Source of the DNA: a virus
Direction: 5' to 3' (one strand)
Virus record (IMG/VR): IMGVR_UViG_3300032268_000293
Coordinates: 1 to 64,000 of that record
DNA: 64,000 bases
Part shown: piece after piece, positions 58,947-64,000 of the stretch
Numbering within the stretch: position 1 is the first letter of the stretch
Layout of the letters: every line of letters begins with the position of its first letter
Program-made: the position numbers and the translations under genes
The notes under the pieces: generated by a model
What the model saw: the letters and a program-made list of their open reading frames with translations, nothing else
What the model was told of the DNA's origin: nothing
The model's database searches: none

Positions 58947-59140
58947 TATTTGCTCCAAGCAGTTTTACGTGGGAATGAGGATGCGAAACCAGAAGTGCCA
59001 AGATTAAACCCACGGGAATTTTTTCCAGTCATTTTAGACTTTGGGTTTTTGGTAGATTTATAGACAGTGACAGTGCAATTGAGCACAGGGTCAACATAAG
59101 TGGTCAGAACATTACGAGGTTTTTTCATCACGATCTCCAT
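58946..59140 (-). CDS. Small basic early protein
   Basis: First ORF behind a consensus promoter. Confidence 0.55.
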   Translation of the reverse strand: MEIVMKKPRNVLTTYVDPVLNCTVTVYKSTKNPKSKMTGKNSRGFNLGTSGFASSFPRKTAWSK

Positions 59141-59157
59141 ATCAAGTTTATAGAATA

Positions 59158-59186
59158 ATTATACTATAAACCCGAATATTTGTCAA
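59158..59186 (-). promoter_or_regulatory. Early sigma70-type promoter
   Basis: Perfect TTGACA-17-TATAAT. Confidence 0.85.
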
Positions 59187-59215
59187 GTATTAACCCTACA
59201 TTGCATAGGGGTATT

Positions 59216-59449
59216 TTATTCGCCTGGAGGTGAGTGCAGACGGGACTCTTTTTCAACAAGCATCTCCAACCAATTAACAGCTTCGTTCTGATTCTTGAAA
59301 TGTCTTGTGTGAAACTCGCAAGTTGCTGGATTGATAGCAACGATCATAACATATTTGTCTCGATATACAGATGCTTTGAATACCCAGTCCCCTCTTCGGA
59401 CTGGTATAAATGAAACAAGTTTACCGTATATTTTTGATTTCTGCATCAA
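59216..59449 (-). CDS. Hypothetical protein
   Basis: 77-aa ORF. Confidence 0.55.
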   Translation of the reverse strand: MMQKSKIYGKLVSFIPVRRGDWVFKASVYRDKYVMIVAINPATCEFHTRHFKNQNEAVNWLEMLVEKESRLHSPPGE

Positions 59450-59453
59450 AATA

Positions 59454-59479
59454 TTTAGGGGAACCGAAGTCCCCCTAAA
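59454..59479 (-). terminator. UUCG-capped hairpin, probable terminator
   Basis: TTTAGGGGGAC-TTCG-GTTCCCCTAAA followed by TATTTT. Confidence 0.65.
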
Positions 59480-59560
59480 CAGTTTTATTTCACTTTACTG
59501 GCGTTGGTGTTTTACCATTCACCCAATCCCAATCATCATCTGTCATTGGGATCCAGTTTG

Positions 59561-59698
59561 TCATTTGCATTCTCCGTATTGTCGCATTAAGTCTTGCGCT
59601 TCTTTATACTTTCCATTTCTAGAAAGTTCAGCAGCAGCACGAGCATAGCCAATACCTTTCAACATGACATAAAATTTGCGGAAAAATGTTTTCATCAT
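59561..59698 (-). CDS. Small protein, 45 aa (not in ORF track)
   Basis: MMKTFFRKFYVMLKGIGYARAAAELSRNG...; ATGA overlap with the hsp20 stop. Confidence 0.5.
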   Translation of the reverse strand: MMKTFFRKFYVMLKGIGYARAAAELSRNGKYKEAQDLMRQYGECK

Positions 59699-60171
59699 TT
59701 CCCCTCAGTCAATAACTGTTTCTCAGCTTTTGACTTAACTGCGATTTTCTTTGGTTGCTTTGCTTCTGGAACCAAACGCTCCAAAGCAATTTTAAGCATA
59801 CCATTAAAAATCTCGGCATCTTTAACTTCTACTTCATCATTCAATACGAATGAACGAGTGAAGGCACGATTGGCGATACCTTTGAACAAGAAACCATCTT
59901 CTTGGTCTTCAGCTTTAATATTACCACGAACAACCAATTTACCACCATCAATTTCAATATCAATGTCTTGCTGAGCAAAACCTGCGACAGCAATCTCGAT
60001 CGTGTAATGATTCTCACCATTCTTGCGAATGTTATATGGTGGATAATTAGGAATGTTTTTGGCTACATCATCATGTAGTTTTTGTAAACGATGCCAATGT
60101 TCATCGAAACCTACAAAAAATTTGTCAATGTCTTTAGTGCCCCAGAAAGTGGGGATAAAATCGTGTCCCAT
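59695..60171 (-). CDS. Small heat shock protein Hsp20 (IbpA-like)
   Basis: NYPPYNI, IEIAVAGF, GIANRAFTRSF, NGMLKIALER. Confidence 0.95.
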   Translation of the reverse strand: MGHDFIPTFWGTKDIDKFFVGFDEHWHRLQKLHDDVAKNIPNYPPYNIRKNGENHYTIEIAVAGFAQQDIDIEIDGGKLVVRGNIKAEDQEDGFLFKGIANRAFTRSFVLNDEVEVKDAEIFNGMLKIALERLVPEAKQPKKIAVKSKAEKQLLTEGK

Positions 60172-60181
60172 AATTTTCTCC

Positions 60182-60406
60182 TTACTTAGTTGCGAATGCT
60201 TTTTTGGCATCAAAAGAAGTTGCAGCTGAACCCACTGTAGTGAAAAAATCTACAGAAGATTTGGCGACATTCTTAGCAAATGATTGCTGAGCATCGATAT
60301 AAGTTTGGAGTTGTTTTGCGACTGCCTCGTTTTGAACGAATGTCTTAACGAATTGAGTCTTTGCACCAGAAATGGTGTCGATAGTTGTGTTGATTGCTTG
60401 TAACAT
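60182..60406 (-). CDS. Small helical protein, phasin-like candidate
   Basis: Ala/Gln/Thr-rich amphipathic helices; SD AGGAG. Confidence 0.45.
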   Translation of the reverse strand: MLQAINTTIDTISGAKTQFVKTFVQNEAVAKQLQTYIDAQQSFAKNVAKSSVDFFTTVGSAATSFDAKKAFATK

Positions 60407-60419
60407 ATTTTCTCCTATT

Positions 60420-60556
60420 AAGCGAGTTAAATTAAAAAATGCTACCCCGAAGGCATAGCGATCCTGCTTACTGTTTACAGGGACACCTTATCGTAGTGTC
60501 AGCCTTAAGACGCTCCTAAGGTAGTAGAGTCTTTACGTTCCCATCCCGATTGGGAC
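60420..60556 (-). ncRNA. Candidate structured leader RNA of the hsp20 operon
   Basis: Five consecutive hairpins, including GCTATGCC-TTCG-GGGTAGC, between a late promoter and the SD. Confidence 0.5.
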
Positions 60557-60561
60557 AAAAA

Positions 60562-60569
60562 TATTTATA
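60562..60569 (-). promoter_or_regulatory. T4-type late promoter TATAAATA
   Basis: Exact match. Confidence 0.65.
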
Positions 60570-60574
60570 ACAGG

Positions 60575-60757
60575 TTACTTCTTTTCTGCAGGTTTTTTAT
60601 CATCTTTTTTCGCAGGTGCTGGCGCAGATGCTGCTGGCTTTGCGTCCTTAGCGACTGCTGCTGGCTTCGCTTCTTCTTTCTTAGCTGGTGCTGCTGCTTG
60701 AGCAAAAACGGATGTTGAGAAAACTGCTGCTGTAAACAATGTTGCGATTGATTTCAT
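60575..60757 (-). CDS. Small secreted Ala/Lys/Pro-rich protein
   Basis: Signal peptide ending SVFA; low-complexity tail. Confidence 0.7.
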   Translation of the reverse strand: MKSIATLFTAAVFSTSVFAQAAAPAKKEEAKPAAVAKDAKPAASAPAPAKKDDKKPAEKK

Positions 60758-60781
60758 AAGATATCTCCTATCATGTTAAAA

Positions 60782-60949
60782 TTACTCAGCTTTTGGAACC
60801 TCGGAATCTTTTTGAAGTTTCTCAAACTGAGGTACTGCTTGCGTCCTAATTTTATTAATTAGTTCTGCAACTTTGATGAAGGGTTGGTCACCCAATGCGC
60901 CAAGAATAACATCAATTTCTTCTGGCTTAAATTTCAATTCAATATTCAT
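60782..60949 (-). CDS. Hypothetical protein
   Basis: ILGALGDQPFIKVAELINKIRTQA; SD GGAG. Confidence 0.65.
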   Translation of the reverse strand: MNIELKFKPEEIDVILGALGDQPFIKVAELINKIRTQAVPQFEKLQKDSEVPKAE

Positions 60950-60989
60950 ATACTCTCCAATAATATAACGCTCCAAGTATTAATTTGGT

Positions 60990-61415
60990 TTACTTGTTTA
61001 CGTTTTTTTTCCCAATATTATATTTTGGTACTAGTTCCCATTCATCTTTCTCTTTAAAAGAAAGAACCTTTATTTGCGAAAGTGATGCTTCTGGTCTCGA
61101 TTCTTTCGATTTTGTTACAGAAAGCAAACCCCAATCTTGCAGTAATACTGCAACTGTGTTTCTTCGCTCAATATCGCTGCTAGTTAGATTAGACTCTTTT
61201 CCGTCTAAAGCAAATAACTCTTTGAAATGCACAATATAGTATCTACCTTGTTTGTGCAAAATATGACAGGATTGGTAAAGTTTCTTTTCTTTTCTTGACG
61301 CAATACCAATACGTGTCAATGTCTCCTTAATTTTAAGGAAGTTATCTGGTTCGGGTAATGTCACCTCGAGCATGCTGTCTGGAGTCCAGTCATAGTAAAC
61401 AGTCTCAACAGTCAT
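60990..61415 (-). CDS. regA: Translational repressor RegA
   Basis: DNFLKIKETLTRIGIAS, LYQSCHILHKQGRYYIVHFKELFALDG. Confidence 0.95.
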   Translation of the reverse strand: MTVETVYYDWTPDSMLEVTLPEPDNFLKIKETLTRIGIASRKEKKLYQSCHILHKQGRYYIVHFKELFALDGKESNLTSSDIERRNTVAVLLQDWGLLSVTKSKESRPEASLSQIKVLSFKEKDEWELVPKYNIGKKNVNK

Positions 61416-61789
61416 AATTTTCCACCTTTTTCGAATTTTTGTTTTATCATATTAAGTTGTTCTTCGGATAATATGGAAAGAGCAACTTTTGCCTTTTCTC
61501 TACTATAATTATAGTAGTTCATTACCATAGTCAAATCGTCTCCAGTTTCCAGCTTGTGCCATTTAGAGAATCGCTTTTTCTTGGTAATACTATTTAGCAA
61601 ATAACGAAATTGCCACTTTTTTGGTATATAGTGGCGAACATTCATCTCATTTGCTTGTAGGCATGAGTCAACAAAAAATGAAAGACCTTTATTTACGATG
61701 TATGGATCGTAAAATTTTTGAAAAGATGGATCGTCCGATAAATCGTCCTTTGTAATATTAATACAATTTAGATAGTCAAATGGCGACAT
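61412..61789 (-). CDS. Clamp loader small subunit (T4 gp62-like)
   Basis: ANEMN, KKKRFSKW, YYNYSREKA; synteny. Confidence 0.9.
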   Translation of the reverse strand: MSPFDYLNCINITKDDLSDDPSFQKFYDPYIVNKGLSFFVDSCLQANEMNVRHYIPKKWQFRYLLNSITKKKRFSKWHKLETGDDLTMVMNYYNYSREKAKVALSILSEEQLNMIKQKFEKGGKL

Positions 61790-61796
61790 CGCACCC

Positions 61797-62735
61797 TCAC
61801 TTAAACTTACAGCCGACCATAATTTCAGTCATTGCTGCGATATTATTAAGTTCTGGGTTTGCGACAAATGCTGCTTTGTATTGATAATCTGCTAAAATCA
61901 AAATAAGTTTTGGTACTGAACTTGCGTCCATAAAATCAACTGCATTGTCGTAAAGAGTCTTAAACAACTGAGAGGTGTCAATATCAGAATTTTTAGCAAT
62001 CCATTTGCGTGTGTTTGCGAAATCCTTATCTTTTAGATAACCAATGAGTTCTTTAAAAGAGTCATCAGAAAGATTGATAAGAATACCAGTGTCGATTCGA
62101 CCATTCACCGAATAACGCTGAAGTTCGTTCAGAACTCTACGGAAATCGGGGAAATATGTCTCAACAAGTTTCGCGACTGCTTTACTATCTACATCAGCAA
62201 CACCCTCTTGTGAGAGGATATCCATTACTCTGCGATAAAACGCAGCAGCAACTTTTGGTTTTTCTGCTGAGGGGATTTTAAATTCAATTACTGAACATCT
62301 TGACCAGAGTGGTTCGATGATTTTGTGCTTGAAGTTGCAGGTGAAGATAAATCGACAATTGTTGGAAAATTCTTCGATAAAAGAGCGCAGGGCTGCTTGG
62401 TTTGCTGTTGTGAGATTGTCTGCTTCGTCAAGGATGACAACTTTCGTTGATGATTCGAGACTAACAGACGAGGCAAAGCTCTTGATTTTTGTACGTAGGA
62501 TGTCAATTCCGTTCTCCTCAGATCCATTAATAAACATATATTCAGCACCGACTTCTCGGCACAATGCTTTTGCTATGGTAGTTTTACCTACACCTGCTCC
62601 ACCTGAAAATAGGAACATAGGTAATTCACCACCAGCAACAAAATTCTTAAATGTTTCTTTTAGTGATTCTGGAAGAATACACTCATCAATCGTTTGTGGG
62701 CGATACTTCTCTACCCAAAGAAAATGGTCTTTCAT
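61797..62735 (-). CDS. Clamp loader large subunit (T4 gp44-like)
   Basis: WVEKYRP, GGAGVGKT, LDEAD, SRC, PDFRR. Confidence 0.95.
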   Translation of the reverse strand: MKDHFLWVEKYRPQTIDECILPESLKETFKNFVAGGELPMFLFSGGAGVGKTTIAKALCREVGAEYMFINGSEENGIDILRTKIKSFASSVSLESSTKVVILDEADNLTTANQAALRSFIEEFSNNCRFIFTCNFKHKIIEPLWSRCSVIEFKIPSAEKPKVAAAFYRRVMDILSQEGVADVDSKAVAKLVETYFPDFRRVLNELQRYSVNGRIDTGILINLSDDSFKELIGYLKDKDFANTRKWIAKNSDIDTSQLFKTLYDNAVDFMDASSVPKLILILADYQYKAAFVANPELNNIAAMTEIMVGCKFK

Positions 62736-62755
62736 AATATAGTCCTGAAGTAAAA

Positions 62756-63421
62756 TTATTCAGCAGTTGAGCCAGTCTCAACAGCAACGTAATATGCTAG
62801 TTCTGCGCTTGTGTTCTTAAAACGACAAATCTTCATTTTAGCAATAGTAACGTCATATGCTCCAGGAAGCATCTTAAGGTTTTCAACTTTCAGATATGCT
62901 GTAAAATTTCTATCAGTTGTACCAAGATCAATTTCGAATTTATTACTTAGCGGATTCTTGTTGTCGAATACACGTGCAGTAACATTAGCACCATCACCAG
63001 AAATAGAAACATCGTTTACTTTCAAAATACCAGCAGAACGGATGACATGGTCTAGATCGCCTGATGTAAGTTTAAAAGAAATGTTTGTGTCATCCTCTGG
63101 GAATGCGATAGATTTGGTAGGTGCTTTCAATGTATTAGTGTCTGCTGCTTTGTACTTGATAACATTCTTACCTTGTTTAACTTCGACGATGTCGTTATTA
63201 AATGTAAACTCTGGGTCTTCGAAGAGTGAAACAACACCGAGGAATTCGTTTACATCATAGATACCAAAATCTTGTGGAAAAGATTCCTTTACAGTTGCTT
63301 CAGCAAAAACATTATTACCTTCGTTCTTTGTCGAAAGTTTATTACCCTGCTTAATTAGCAGATTCATGTTGATGGAGGCGAAGTTCTTCACGAGAGTTTG
63401 TGTTTCTTTAGTCAGTTTCAT
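62756..63421 (-). CDS. Sliding clamp (T4 gp45-like)
   Basis: KNFASIN, FGIYDVNEFL, ENLKMLPGAY; synteny. Confidence 0.92.
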   Translation of the reverse strand: MKLTKETQTLVKNFASINMNLLIKQGNKLSTKNEGNNVFAEATVKESFPQDFGIYDVNEFLGVVSLFEDPEFTFNNDIVEVKQGKNVIKYKAADTNTLKAPTKSIAFPEDDTNISFKLTSGDLDHVIRSAGILKVNDVSISGDGANVTARVFDNKNPLSNKFEIDLGTTDRNFTAYLKVENLKMLPGAYDVTIAKMKICRFKNTSAELAYYVAVETGSTAE

Positions 63422-63450
63422 ATTTTCTCCTTGTCATAATATGTATAAAG

Positions 63451-63479
63451 ATTATACCGCAATTGTGTGTTTGTGTCAA
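63451..63479 (-). promoter_or_regulatory. Sigma70-type promoter of the gp45 operon
   Basis: Perfect TTGACA-17-TATAAT. Confidence 0.8.
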
Positions 63480-64000
63480 ATAAAATTTCTACTGTTCGCG
63501 GAATGCTTTACACTCCAAGGAACATCGAAAACGAAAGTGACTCTGTCAACAGAATCAATGTTTAATGCTGAATGTTGTTTCTTGTTATCAAACCAAAAGA
63601 ACGTTCCTGGTTCAATTATATGAACTTCGCCATCAACTTCATAACGATATCTTCCCTGAAGAGAAAGATGAAATCTATCTTTGTTGAGATAGTATGTTCC
63701 ATCGTCTATGTGTTGACCAACACCATCTCCTGGTTTTAATCTGAAGAATGCTGCTCTAGCAGTTTGAGAAATACCCTGATCCCTCAACCAAAGTCGTATT
63801 TCTCTATACTTCTTGTAGAGTGGTGTCTTGTATAAACCCTCCACATTTTTTGGATTCTGTCCTTCTGGAACAACAGCCATAACCAGAGGTAAGAACCCAT
63901 ATGGATTTTTATCACCACCAATATTTTTATACGTGCTGACTGCTTGCCAATCTTGTTCATTAGCAAGAACCTTGTCTCGAATTTTACTTATGTCGAGATT
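63476..64000 (-). CDS. Aspartyl/asparaginyl beta-hydroxylase-like 2OG-Fe(II) oxygenase, 5'-truncated
   Basis: HID, RFHLSL, WFDNKKQHSALN, RVTFVFD; frame open to the window edge. Confidence 0.8.
   Translation of the reverse strand, partial: NLDISKIRDKVLANEQDWQAVSTYKNIGGDKNPYGFLPLVMAVVPEGQNPKNVEGLYKTPLYKKYREIRLWLRDQGISQTARAAFFRLKPGDGVGQHIDDGTYYLNKDRFHLSLQGRYRYEVDGEVHIIEPGTFFWFDNKKQHSALNIDSVDRVTFVFDVPWSVKHSANSRNFI

Noticed and set aside
62288-62548. Alternate-frame ORF within the gp44-like gene
   Set aside because: No SD and no protein-like features; overlaps conserved AAA+ motifs

Overview
64 kb of an AT-rich T4-like myophage genome. Almost all genes are on the minus strand, apart from a plus-strand membrane/endolysin block at 1-3.8 kb. 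The T4-type replication core is present: gp45, gp44, gp62, regA, gp43, uvsX, gp41, gp61, RNase H, nrdA/nrdB, thyX and dCMP deaminase. There are also virion/internal-head genes and many host-type auxiliary genes (clpP, ahpC/ahpD, phoH, dps, desaturase, iscA/erpA, hsp20). The tmRNA tag and auxiliary-gene style suggest a Gram-negative, probably betaproteobacterial, host (inference). Most notable observations: (1) a TET/JBP dioxygenase and a GT-B glycosyltransferase both end in the same (L/I)DEFF tail as the DNA polymerase, a candidate clamp-tethered DNA hypermodification system with no methyltransferase in view; (2) a phoH - PlcP-like phospholipase - GT2 cassette that may mine phosphate from host lipids; (3) a ribosome-rescue set made of a circularly permuted two-piece tmRNA, a 49-aa ArfA-like ORF missing from the ORF track, and ClpP; (4) proteins with capsid-targeting-like N-termini and repeated acidic protease-type linkers; (5) an overprinted nested gene, a multi-hairpin leader RNA and apparent CCGG avoidance. 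All calls come from reading motifs by eye; no searches were run.
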